In this document: piece after piece, positions 1 through 8,533 of the stretch
How the letters are laid out: the number at the start of each line of letters is the position of its first letter
How positions within the stretch are numbered: position 1 is the first letter of the stretch
Virus record (IMG/VR): IMGVR_UViG_3300025653_000187
Coordinates: 1 to 29,523 of that record
Direction: 5' to 3' (one strand)
DNA from: a virus
Lineage: Duplodnaviria; Caudoviricetes
DNA length: 29,523 nucleotides
The notes under the pieces: generated by a model
Told to the model about the DNA's origin: nothing
Database searches by the model: none
What the model saw: the letters and a program-made list of their open reading frames with translations, nothing else
Position numbers and translations under genes: made by a program

Positions 1-2
1 GT

Positions 3-1031
3 AAGTTTATCCTAGCATTTAACGATAATTCAGAAAGTGCTGCGAGTATAGAGCCAGTACAACTAAGCGAAGCACACCAACAATACCAATTCTTATCGGA
101 TGAAAGTTCTAAAAAGATAATGGTAGCACATAGGGTAGTAAGTCCTATGTTATTAGGCATAAAAGACAATACTGGTTTAGGTAACAATGCAGACGAGTTA
201 AAGACTGCTAGTATATTAATGGATAATATGGTTATTAGACCGTTTCAGACGCTTTTAATAGATGCGTTTGATTCTATACTAGCTTACAACTCAATCAGCC
301 TTAATTTATACTTTAAAACGCTTCAACCTTTAGAATTTACAGATTTAGAGAACGTAGAGGATGAAGAAACTAAGGAAGAGGAAACTGGTGTTAAGTTATC
401 TAACGAGCCAGAGGGATTTGATGATGATGAAATGTTAAACATATTAGAGGGAGAGCCAATAAGTGAAGAATGGGAACTTGTAGAAAAAAGGGAATATTCA
501 GAAGATAACGAAAGTGTAGAGGATTGGGCAAATAGATTAATTAAAGAAAAGAAAACTAGCTTAGAAAAGTTAGCAGATTTTATTAAATCTAAACCTAGTG
601 CTAAAAGTAGTTTAGATAAGTCTTATTATAAGGTACGTTATGAGTATGCTGAAAAGTATAGTAGTGGTAATTCTAGGAAGTTCTGCAAGAGTATGATGAG
701 TAGAACTGGCAGAGGTGTTGTTTACCGTAAGGAAGATATAGACCAGGCTAGTTTTCAAGGTGTAAATAAATCATTCGGGCATAAAGGACAAAACTACTCA
801 CTTTTTAAATTTAAAGGTGGGGTTAATTGTGGGCATTTTTGGAATGAAAACCTTTACAGATTAAAGAAGAAAACCGATGGTACTTATAGAGAGGATAAAT
901 CATTAGCAAGTAGCGAAGAGGTAAACAAGATACCTAAAAGCTACATACCTAAAGGAGAGGAATATAATAAGTCTAGGATAGCACCAAAGGATATGCCAAA
1001 TAACGGACACCACCCAAATTACAAAGGATAA
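3..1031 (+). CDS. Portal protein, C-terminal part, with Cys/His-containing extension
   Basis: Frame is open from position 3 (KFILAFNDNSESAASIEPVQLSEAHQQYQFLSDES...MVAHRVVSPMLLGI...). The ATG at 120 is internal. Joined product is about 590 aa. Confidence 0.85.
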   Translation, partial: KFILAFNDNSESAASIEPVQLSEAHQQYQFLSDESSKKIMVAHRVVSPMLLGIKDNTGLGNNADELKTASILMDNMVIRPFQTLLIDAFDSILAYNSISLNLYFKTLQPLEFTDLENVEDEETKEEETGVKLSNEPEGFDDDEMLNILEGEPISEEWELVEKREYSEDNESVEDWANRLIKEKKTSLEKLADFIKSKPSAKSSLDKSYYKVRYEYAEKYSSGNSRKFCKSMMSRTGRGVVYRKEDIDQASFQGVNKSFGHKGQNYSLFKFKGGVNCGHFWNENLYRLKKKTDGTYREDKSLASSEEVNKIPKSYIPKGEEYNKSRIAPKDMPNNGHHPNYKG

Positions 1032-1034
1032 GAT

Positions 1035-1535
1035 ATGGCTACTGCATTATTTATAAAAAGAGAGGATATAGTAAGAAATACTATTATTGATGGAAACGTA
1101 GACATTGATAAGTATATACAATTTATTAAGATTGCTCAAGAAATACACGTTAGAAACTATTTAGGTACGGACTTATACAATAGAATAAGCGATGATATTA
1201 TAAATGGTACTTTAACTGGCGATTATTTAACATTGGTAAACACTTATATACAACCTATGTTAATCCATTATGCAATGATGGACTATTTACCTTTCGCTGC
1301 GTATCAAGTAAAGAACGGTGGAGTATTTAAGCATACTAGCGAGAATGCACAGAACGTAGACAAGAACGAGGTAGATTATTTAGTAGCAAAAGAAAGAGAA
1401 TTTGCACAATATTATACAACTAGGTTTGTAGACTATATTTGTTTTAACGATAATTTATTTCCAGAGTATAATTCAAATAGTAACGATGACATTAACCCAG
1501 ACACAGATACAACGTTCAACGGATGGGTTTTATAA
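1035..1535 (+). CDS. Putative head-tail adaptor/connector
   Basis: 166 aa, directly after the portal, helical-looking. Call rests on size and synteny. Confidence 0.55.
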   Translation: MATALFIKREDIVRNTIIDGNVDIDKYIQFIKIAQEIHVRNYLGTDLYNRISDDIINGTLTGDYLTLVNTYIQPMLIHYAMMDYLPFAAYQVKNGGVFKHTSENAQNVDKNEVDYLVAKEREFAQYYTTRFVDYICFNDNLFPEYNSNSNDDINPDTDTTFNGWVL

Positions 1536-1585
1536 GCCTAAAAAGAAGAACGTAGTTAAGTTAAAAAAATATCTAAAAGTAAATA

Positions 1586-2737
1586 ATGAATCCAACGGTA
1601 GCTTTAATTCCTAGTGCATATAAAAGTGGTTTAGTATATTCTATATTACCAGCAAGTGGTCGTGGGGATTTTAATTTTAACAGACCTAGTTCAGCAACTA
1701 GAGTAAACAAAGATGGTTTAGTAGAAGAAGTAGTATCTAACGTACCCAGACTAGATTACACAAACGTAAATTGCCCACAATTACTTTTAGAGCCACAATC
1801 TAGCAACCTAGTAACTTATAGCCAAGATTTAACTGATTTAGATTGGAAGAAATTTAGTGGTGGTACTACACCTTTAGTAGAAAATAGTTTTATAAGTCCA
1901 AGTGGAGAAGCAAACGCTCAAAGAATAACTTTTTATAGTGGTGCAGACGGAATAGTTACTAATAACGCAACCGTTTCTACATCTTCTAATTATTCTTTAT
2001 CAATTTATATGAAAGGTGTAAAAGGTGGGGAACAAATAAGATTAGATTTTAAGAATAACGCATCACAAGGAAACATAGGAACTACATTTACTTTAACTAA
2101 TCAATGGGTAAGATATACGGTGGAAAATTTAACACCTTTACAAACAAGCCAAGGACTGCAAATAAGATGCACAAATCCTAGTGAAGAAGTGCAGATATAT
2201 GCTTGGGGTGGGCAGATAGAAAATCTAACATACGCTACAAGCTATATCCCTACTGAAGCCACAAGCGTAACACGAAGTAGAGATTTAATGTATGAATCTA
2301 TGGTTTTACAACCAGAAATAACTTCAGACGATTGGACTTTATTTTTAGACTATAATAAATCTGATTTAGGAGATAATAGAGGTGTAAGTATAAATGATGG
2401 TGGTTCTAACAATAGAATACTTATTACTCAAAGAAACGAAAACCAATTAAACTTTCAACTTTATCAAAGTGGCTCAATACTTAGTTCTTATGATTATAAT
2501 ATAGAAGTAATAGACCATTTAAAAGTATGTTTTACTTCTACTAATACTGGTGCTAGTATCGTTGTAAATGGAGTAGAAATAGATAGGTTAGACGATGGTA
2601 GATATGACGCTAGTGGTTTAACACAAATAGATTTTACGGTATACGGTACTACGAATGAGTTTGCTGGTAGGGTAAATGATTTCAGATATTATAACGTAGC
2701 ATTATCTTTAAACGAAACAATAAAATTAACACAATGA
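1586..2737 (+). CDS. Tail fibre/receptor-binding protein with carbohydrate-binding and LamG/concanavalin-like modules
   Basis: Beta-rich 383 aa with RPSSATRVN, PRLDY, LLLEPQSSN, YATSYIPT and a C-terminal GRVNDFRYYNVALS LamG-like ending. Confidence 0.65.
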   Translation: MNPTVALIPSAYKSGLVYSILPASGRGDFNFNRPSSATRVNKDGLVEEVVSNVPRLDYTNVNCPQLLLEPQSSNLVTYSQDLTDLDWKKFSGGTTPLVENSFISPSGEANAQRITFYSGADGIVTNNATVSTSSNYSLSIYMKGVKGGEQIRLDFKNNASQGNIGTTFTLTNQWVRYTVENLTPLQTSQGLQIRCTNPSEEVQIYAWGGQIENLTYATSYIPTEATSVTRSRDLMYESMVLQPEITSDDWTLFLDYNKSDLGDNRGVSINDGGSNNRILITQRNENQLNFQLYQSGSILSSYDYNIEVIDHLKVCFTSTNTGASIVVNGVEIDRLDDGRYDASGLTQIDFTVYGTTNEFAGRVNDFRYYNVALSLNETIKLTQ

Positions 2738-3033
2738 TAAAAGTAGGTAAATACGAGTTTAACGACCAAGCACAAGCAACAAGTAAAATAGATGCTTTAG
2801 GAGATAACAGACATACCTTTTCTATATTAGGACATATACCAATAGTAAAAGGCGAATGGGACGAAGAGGGTAACGTAATAGTAGAGCCAGTATATAGTGA
2901 TAAGTTTCACGTTGACGTATTATGGCAAGATCAAGAAACAAATCCTTATGGTTGGGCAACATACGAAATAGACTTAAATAGCGATGGAGTGCATTCGTTT
3001 TTTGGAGTAAGTTATTTAGAAAATAAGATATAA
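2734..3033 (+). CDS. Hypothetical virion/tail-fibre-associated protein
   Basis: 99 aa acidic ORF translationally coupled between two fibre genes. Confidence 0.6.
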   Translation: MIKVGKYEFNDQAQATSKIDALGDNRHTFSILGHIPIVKGEWDEEGNVIVEPVYSDKFHVDVLWQDQETNPYGWATYEIDLNSDGVHSFFGVSYLENKI

Positions 3034-5375
3034 TGGCAAATACAATAAATTGGGGTAAAATATATGAGAAAACTGCTTGGGGGATAGGCGTAGTAACAAA
3101 CACTATAAACTGGGGTAAGATATATGCAGATTTAGTAAGTGCAATACCTAGTTTTGCATTAAACTTCGCTACTATAAGTGATGACTTTACATTCACTCGT
3201 AGTTCGTTTGCTACAAGAGTTAATGAGTTTGGTTTAATAGAAACGGTAACAGACTTAGGTAGTGATTTGGTAAGAAATGGAGACTTTGAAGAGTTAGGTT
3301 CAGAACTTGTAACTAATGGTGATTTTAGCAATGGTGCAAATGGATGGAATAATAACGCATCTTTTCCTGTTGATTACTTTAGCGTTGTAGATAATAAATT
3401 AGAAATTGAAAATATAAGTGGTGGCACACAAGTTTTTACAAGCGATAGCTTTAACGTATCTGCAAATAAAATATATAAAATTAGTTTAGATACTGTCAAA
3501 GAAAGTGGAATAGACGATTTTGATATAACATTACGAAACAGTCCTTTATCTACTGTGATAGAAACAATTACTTCTACACATCAGACAGGCGAACTTATAC
3601 ACTATTTTAAATCAGCATCTACACAAAGTTTAATCTTTCAGTTTACTTTAAGAGATACGATTAAGGGTTCAATAGACAACGTATCAGTTAAGCAAGTAGA
3701 CCCTAATAATGATTGGGTTAAAGGTACCGGTTGGAGTATAGAAGATGGTAAAGGAACTTATGATGATGTAGCCTATGGTGGTATTTTAACTCAGCTATCA
3801 GTTTTCACAATAGGCAAAAAATACCGTGTTTCATTAGATTTAGAAAGTGGAAGCGTAAGAGTTAAAGCTGGTACTGCGTCTTATACAAATTACACATCTC
3901 CTTTTGATGTTGTTGCTGATGATAATACAACCTTATCTATACAAACAACAAGTGCAACTGCTACAATAGACAACATAGTAATCAAAGAAGTATTAGAAGA
4001 CGATATACCAAGAATAGACTATACAGGCTCTACATTTGATGTACCTGTTTTAGGAAATGAGTTAATTGATTATAGTAATATAACATATGGTAGTGGCGGT
4101 TGGAGTTTAGTTAATGGTAAGTGGTTTTTTGATGATATTACAGCAGGTTTCATTAGCACAGATGATTTTGATGTTGTTGTAGGGGAGCAATATGAAGTAA
4201 CTGTAGATGTAACTATTTCAAGTGGTAACGCTAATTTCAGAGTTTCAAGTGGTAATGCACAAACAATACTATTTGAGTATACGGACTTCCCTAATGGAAT
4301 AACTAAGTTTGTAACTACTGTAACAGGTGTTGATGGTTTTATACAAAGGTTATATGCTCCAACATCTTTAACAGATAACCCTTTTACATTAAATAGTATA
4401 TCTATCAAGAAAATTACTGCATACACTACAACAGATAAAGGCTCTTTCTTACTTGAGCCACAGAGTACTAATTTAATTCCTTATAGTGAGGATTTTAGTG
4501 ATAGTAGTTGGTTAAAAGTAGGTTCTCCAACTATAACACCTAACTACGGAACAAGTCCTGATGGTACACAAAACTCAACAAGAATACAAGGAAATAGTAG
4601 TTCGGTATTACAAACTAACGCTATGACAGGAGCTACGAGTGGAGAAACGAGAAGTCTATATGTAAGAGCTGTAAGTGGTAGTGGTAATATACAATTAACA
4701 TCACATAATAGCAACACAAACAACGTATTTGCTATTGATGAAAATTGGCAAAGAGTACAAACAAATAGCTTAACTTCTACAACAGGAAGCACTTATTTTT
4801 ATATTGATATGAGAGGTGCTTCAACAAACATATACGATATAGAGGTATGGGGTTGTCAAGGAGAAGCATTACCTTACGCTACATCTTATATACCTACTAA
4901 TGGAACTGCAGTTACAAGAAGTGCAGAATCTTGTGTAGATGGTGTAGTATCAGCTAATAGTTTAGAAGGTGTTTTATATTGGGAAGGTAGTAGTGATGTG
5001 GATTCAACTGTGATTATAGCTGAATTAAGTCAAGGAAATATTACAAACAGATTATCTTTATACTATCAATTTGGAAGTGACGCAAGAGGGTCTATAAGAG
5101 TAAGTGATGTTCAAACAACTTTAACAGGAGGAGGTACTTTGTCCACTAATAAAAAAATTGCAGTTGTATGGGGTAATAATGTTATATCTTTTTGGGTAAA
5201 TGGCTCGCAAGTAGACACAGATACTTACGTTGGCTCAATACCTGAAGGAGTATTAACTGCCTTGAATTTTGCTCAAGCAGGAGGAGGATCGTCTTTTTAT
5301 GGTAGAACTAAAGACCTTAAAATATACGACAAAGCATTATCAGATAGTGAACTAGAAGAATTAACAACGATATGA
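3033..5375 (+). CDS. Second tail fibre/receptor-binding protein, paralog of 1586-2737 with inserted modules
   Basis: Same anchor motifs (RSSFATRVN, PRIDY, LLEPQSTN, YATSYIPT, KIYDKALS), plus LVxNGDF-initiated carbohydrate-binding-like inserts and a duplicated NTINWGKIY. Confidence 0.7.
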   Translation: MANTINWGKIYEKTAWGIGVVTNTINWGKIYADLVSAIPSFALNFATISDDFTFTRSSFATRVNEFGLIETVTDLGSDLVRNGDFEELGSELVTNGDFSNGANGWNNNASFPVDYFSVVDNKLEIENISGGTQVFTSDSFNVSANKIYKISLDTVKESGIDDFDITLRNSPLSTVIETITSTHQTGELIHYFKSASTQSLIFQFTLRDTIKGSIDNVSVKQVDPNNDWVKGTGWSIEDGKGTYDDVAYGGILTQLSVFTIGKKYRVSLDLESGSVRVKAGTASYTNYTSPFDVVADDNTTLSIQTTSATATIDNIVIKEVLEDDIPRIDYTGSTFDVPVLGNELIDYSNITYGSGGWSLVNGKWFFDDITAGFISTDDFDVVVGEQYEVTVDVTISSGNANFRVSSGNAQTILFEYTDFPNGITKFVTTVTGVDGFIQRLYAPTSLTDNPFTLNSISIKKITAYTTTDKGSFLLEPQSTNLIPYSEDFSDSSWLKVGSPTITPNYGTSPDGTQNSTRIQGNSSSVLQTNAMTGATSGETRSLYVRAVSGSGNIQLTSHNSNTNNVFAIDENWQRVQTNSLTSTTGSTYFYIDMRGASTNIYDIEVWGCQGEALPYATSYIPTNGTAVTRSAESCVDGVVSANSLEGVLYWEGSSDVDSTVIIAELSQGNITNRLSLYYQFGSDARGSIRVSDVQTTLTGGGTLSTNKKIAVVWGNNVISFWVNGSQVDTDTYVGSIPEGVLTALNFAQAGGGSSFYGRTKDLKIYDKALSDSELEELTTI

Positions 5376-5734
5376 GAAAACTAATATTTATACTTTTAAT
5401 ACTACCTTTATTAAGTAACGCACAAGATGTAGGTTGGTTATTTGTAAACGAAAATACAATACCTTTAGATAAGCAGATGCACGGTGCTGGTGGAATGTAT
5501 TTAGGTGGTGTATCTTATATTGTAACATACGGACAAACTAAAGACCGTAAAAAGTCTAAAATAGTAGGTATATTAACACCAATAATTGTAGGTACTATAA
5601 AAGAGTTATCAGATAGCACAAAGTCTAATAATAAATTTGATTGGGAAGATTTAGGATATACCGTAGGTGGTGGAATAGTAGCTACTTTTACATTTGATTT
5701 TTTAGTAGGAAGAGCAAAAAGAAATAATGATTAA
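5372..5734 (+). CDS. Signal-peptide-bearing membrane protein, YfiM/DUF2279-like
   Basis: MRKLIFILLILPLLSNA-Q signal peptide. DKQMH, KELSD and FDWEDL motifs separated by Gly-rich hydrophobic helices. Confidence 0.55.
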   Translation: MRKLIFILLILPLLSNAQDVGWLFVNENTIPLDKQMHGAGGMYLGGVSYIVTYGQTKDRKKSKIVGILTPIIVGTIKELSDSTKSNNKFDWEDLGYTVGGGIVATFTFDFLVGRAKRNND

Positions 5735-6260
5735 ACTACTACCGTTCTTATTGATTCAGTTGCATAGTGATTGGAACGCTACTAGCATACTAGAAAATAT
5801 GGATAGAAGCTGGTCAATAGGTAATGGTTGTTATGAAGCTAATTATAAGGTTGTAGATGTAGATGGTAACCTAGAACTAAACGGTAATACTTTAGAGGTT
5901 TTAGATGCCACTATAAAAGTTTACGGTTGTGTAACGAATTATGGCGATTATATAGATGTTTTAGATTCGGAATATATTATATACAAATGCGAAAGTTCAA
6001 ATATTATAGAATACCAGCAATTAAGTATTCCAGAAGTAGAAGTAGAAGAAAAAGTAAGATTGCACCCAAATCCTACCAATGAATTTTTAAATATAGAAAT
6101 AACAAGTTTAGATTGCTATGAGGTTTATAACGTAAGTGGAGAATTTATAAAAAAAGGAGATACCAAAAGAGTAGATGTAAGAGATCTAAAACAAGGTATT
6201 TACTTTATTGTTGTTCACTACGATTATAAAAAACAAGCATTAAAATTTATTAAGAAGTGA
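5727..6260 (+). CDS. Protein with a type IX secretion (Por) type A C-terminal sorting domain
   Basis: C-terminus VRLHPNPTNEFLNI...VYNVSGEFIK...VDVRDLKQGIYFIVV...KFIKK matches the type A CTD pattern (YPNP, YxxxG, LxxGxY, terminal KxxxK). Short hydrophobic N-terminus. Confidence 0.85.
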   Translation: MIKLLPFLLIQLHSDWNATSILENMDRSWSIGNGCYEANYKVVDVDGNLELNGNTLEVLDATIKVYGCVTNYGDYIDVLDSEYIIYKCESSNIIEYQQLSIPEVEVEEKVRLHPNPTNEFLNIEITSLDCYEVYNVSGEFIKKGDTKRVDVRDLKQGIYFIVVHYDYKKQALKFIKK

Positions 6261-6436
6261 TAGGATTATTATACGAATTTTGCATTAAGTGTGATAAGGC
6301 TGGTGTAGTACCAGCAGAAAAAGAAATAGACCTTTTTTTGAGAATGGTAAAAAGAAAGGATTTAAGAAAAGATTTTATTAATTTTTGTTTTTATAATTGG
6401 GAAACCAGATACGAAACATTAGAAAACAAAATATGA
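6257..6436 (+). CDS. Hypothetical protein (59 aa, not in ORF track)
   Basis: GTG start overlaps the upstream TGA, and its stop overlaps the next ATG (6433). MIGLLYEFCIKCDKAG... Confidence 0.6.
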   Translation: MIGLLYEFCIKCDKAGVVPAEKEIDLFLRMVKRKDLRKDFINFCFYNWETRYETLENKI

Positions 6437-6597
6437 GCATTGAAGATTTGAAATTAGGAATATTTAACGGATTAACGTTTATTATTAGCTTTACGGATAT
6501 AGAGAATAGCCTTAAAATATTATTGTTATTGGTATCTATTATATATACGGTTATCAAGATATATGAAACCTATAAAAAGAATGACAAGAAACTTTAA
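6433..6597 (+). CDS. Small membrane protein, probable holin
   Basis: 54 aa from ATG 6433 with hydrophobic segments and a basic C-terminus, directly before the endolysin. Confidence 0.55.
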   Translation: MSIEDLKLGIFNGLTFIISFTDIENSLKILLLLVSIIYTVIKIYETYKKNDKKL

Positions 6598-6967
6598 AAA
6601 AAGTGAGTTTGATTGTAGGTGTGGTTGTACTATGCCTGGCGATGTTTACGAAAACGTAAAAAAGGTAGCTACTCAACTACAAGTAGTAAGAGATTACGTT
6701 GGTGTGCCAGTAAGAATCAATAGTGCTTATAGGTGTATAAACCATAACCGTAGTATAGGTTCAAAAGATACTTCGCAACACGTTTTAGGTAAGGCAGTAG
6801 ATATAACAATAGATACTTTTAACGCAGACCAGACCTATAAAATAATTATAAACCTATTAAACAACCCAGTATTACAAGGTGTAAACTTCAATGGTATTGG
6901 TAGGTATAATACTTTTGTGCATTTAGATATAAGATATAATGAAGCAAGGTGGGATTTAAGGAGTTAA
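6581..6967 (+). CDS. Endolysin, peptidase M15 family
   Basis: NF...EFDCRCGC, SAYRC..HN, SQHVLGKAVD (SxHxxGxAxD) and FVHLD zinc-ligand motifs. Likely start ATG 6581. Confidence 0.85.
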   Translation: MTRNFKKSEFDCRCGCTMPGDVYENVKKVATQLQVVRDYVGVPVRINSAYRCINHNRSIGSKDTSQHVLGKAVDITIDTFNADQTYKIIINLLNNPVLQGVNFNGIGRYNTFVHLDIRYNEARWDLRS

Positions 6968-6969
6968 CT

Positions 6970-7173
6970 ATGAAAGGAGATTTAGAGTTTACTGAAGAAG
7001 AACTTGCTTTATTAACAGATGAAAGAGAGTTTCAGATATTTTTATATTCCTTGCACGAAGAGTATGATATATATAATGTAGATGAGTTATACGAATTTTA
7101 TAAGCAATTAAAATGGTTTAGACACTTAAAGGTACTAGACGAATTTAGAAAAGAAATCAATGGCGAAGTATAG
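6970..7173 (+). CDS. Hypothetical acidic protein
   Basis: ATG just after the endolysin stop, 67 aa. Confidence 0.55.
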   Translation: MKGDLEFTEEELALLTDEREFQIFLYSLHEEYDIYNVDELYEFYKQLKWFRHLKVLDEFRKEINGEV

Positions 7174-7633
7174 AGATAAGAACGGAACTACAAGAGTAGG
7201 CGATGCTTTAAGGTGGTTAGTAAAACAAGGTAAGGAAGTAGCACCAGAACTTATACAACTAGCTGGTAACATAACTGGTATTGATTCCCTTAAACAACTA
7301 TCTAAAAAAATAAAAGAAAGCGATAAGTTAAGCGAAATAGATAAACAAATCCTATTAGAAGAGTTAAGGTACGATATGTTAGAGATGCAAGAAGTAACTA
7401 AACGTTGGCAATATGATATGTCAAGCGATAGTTGGTTAAGTAAGAATATAAGACCTTTAACGTTAGCTTTTTTAACTGCTACACTATTTATATACATTAT
7501 ATTAGATAGTTCAATACAAGGCTTTAAAATAGATGATAACTGGATAGATTTACTTTCTTCACTACTTTTATTAGTGTATGGTGGTTACTTCGGTGCTAGA
7601 ACGGTAGAAAAGGTTGTAAAGCATAGAAAGTAA
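7160..7633 (+). CDS. Holin-like protein (GTA-type 3TM holin-like)
   Basis: RWQYDMSSDSWLSKNIRP, two C-terminal hydrophobic helices and YFGARTVEK. Lies in the lysis module. Confidence 0.7.
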   Translation: MAKYRDKNGTTRVGDALRWLVKQGKEVAPELIQLAGNITGIDSLKQLSKKIKESDKLSEIDKQILLEELRYDMLEMQEVTKRWQYDMSSDSWLSKNIRPLTLAFLTATLFIYIILDSSIQGFKIDDNWIDLLSSLLLLVYGGYFGARTVEKVVKHRK

Positions 7634-7800
7634 TTTTTTTAAATTTCTCTTTTTTTTTAAAAAATAAATATATAACTTTGAATTATTTATTAATAGTATT
7701 ATTAGTTGTTTTTAAACAACAATAAAATAATAAAAATAAATTAATAAAATAAATTAATAAAAATATATAAATAATAAATATAAGATATCTGAACTCTATT
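7634..7800. other. Very AT-rich intergenic region, candidate replication origin/promoter region
   Basis: Tandem 13-mer AAATAAATTAATA (7734-7746, 7747-7759), inverted repeat GTTGTTT-TT-AAACAAC (7705-7720) and TAACTTTG -7-like element (7673-7680). Confidence 0.4.
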
Positions 7801-7802
7801 CA

Positions 7803-8201
7803 ATGGCAAAAAAAACGCAACGTAAAAAACTAATAGAGAAGTTAGATAAGATATTTAGTGTTTATATTAGGCTTAGAGAAGCAAAGGCCAAGATAGCTCA
7901 GTGTTTTACTTGTGGTAAAAAAGACCACTATAAGAAACTTCAAAACGGACACTTCCAGAGTAGGAAACATTATAGTACTAGGTGGGATGAAATTAACTGC
8001 CAAGTACAATGTGCTGGTTGTAATGTATTTCGTTATGGAGAGCAATATCTATTCGGAGTTAATTTAGATAAAAAGTATGGTACTGGAACGAGTGATGAAA
8101 TGCACAAGAAATCCAGAGAAACTTACAAGATAGATAACTACGAATTAGGGGTGTTAATAACAAAGTATGAAGATTTAGTAAAAGAACTTTTAAAAGTTTA
8201 A
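7803..8201 (+). CDS. NinG/Rap-like HNH-type endonuclease
   Basis: LDKIFSVYIRLR, CFTC, GHFQSR, RWDEINC..QCAGCN pattern. Confidence 0.8.
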   Translation: MAKKTQRKKLIEKLDKIFSVYIRLREAKAKIAQCFTCGKKDHYKKLQNGHFQSRKHYSTRWDEINCQVQCAGCNVFRYGEQYLFGVNLDKKYGTGTSDEMHKKSRETYKIDNYELGVLITKYEDLVKELLKV

Positions 8202-8241
8202 ATTTGCCATAAATTTAGTTGCATAATCTTTTTTTTGTTTA

Positions 8242-8275
8242 GGGGTGTTACATTTATTTGTAGCACCTTTTTTTT
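8242..8275 (+). terminator. Intrinsic terminator
   Basis: GGTGTTACA-loop-TGTAGCACC stem followed by a T run. Confidence 0.75.
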
Positions 8276-8310
8276 ATTATTTGTTTATTAAATATTTTTT
8301 ATTACTTTTG
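8271..8310 (+). promoter_or_regulatory. Early (host sigma) promoter P1
   Basis: TTTG 8280-8283, 19 nt, TACTTTTG 8303-8310. Matches the Bacteroidota -33/-7 consensus. Confidence 0.75.
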
Positions 8311-8332
8311 GGTAAACAAAAAATTTTTATTT

Positions 8333-8533
8333 ATGAAACTAATCGATAGATTGAAACCAGAGTTTAGGCTTGTACTAGAACAAGACACAGAAAACCCACT
8401 TTACTGCCAAGAGATTGCAGAAGCATTAGAAGAATACCAATTTGTTATTCATATACCTTATGGTGTTATAATATCAATGGATTTTTTATTTGGAAATTTA
8501 GATAGTCCTTATAATTATTTCAATGAGTTATGA
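8333..8533 (+). CDS. Hypothetical early protein
   Basis: 66 aa, first ORF after P1, A-rich initiation region. Confidence 0.65.
   Translation: MKLIDRLKPEFRLVLEQDTENPLYCQEIAEALEEYQFVIHIPYGVIISMDFLFGNLDSPYNYFNEL

Noticed and set aside
1586-5375. Diversity-generating retroelement or invertible tail-fibre switch
   Set aside because: No reverse transcriptase, recombinase or near-identical template/variable repeat pair was seen. Similarity between the fibres is short and mostly at protein level.
6397-6432. TTG-start N-terminal extension of the holin as a dual-start motif
   Set aside because: It overlaps the 6257-6436 ORF. ATG 6433 is coupled to that stop and has a better A-rich context.
8198-8224. 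Minus-strand 8-codon ORF MQLNLWQI with a good-looking A-rich start context
   Set aside because: Too short, and no minus-strand promoter was seen. Better explained as the antisense motif reported in the findings.
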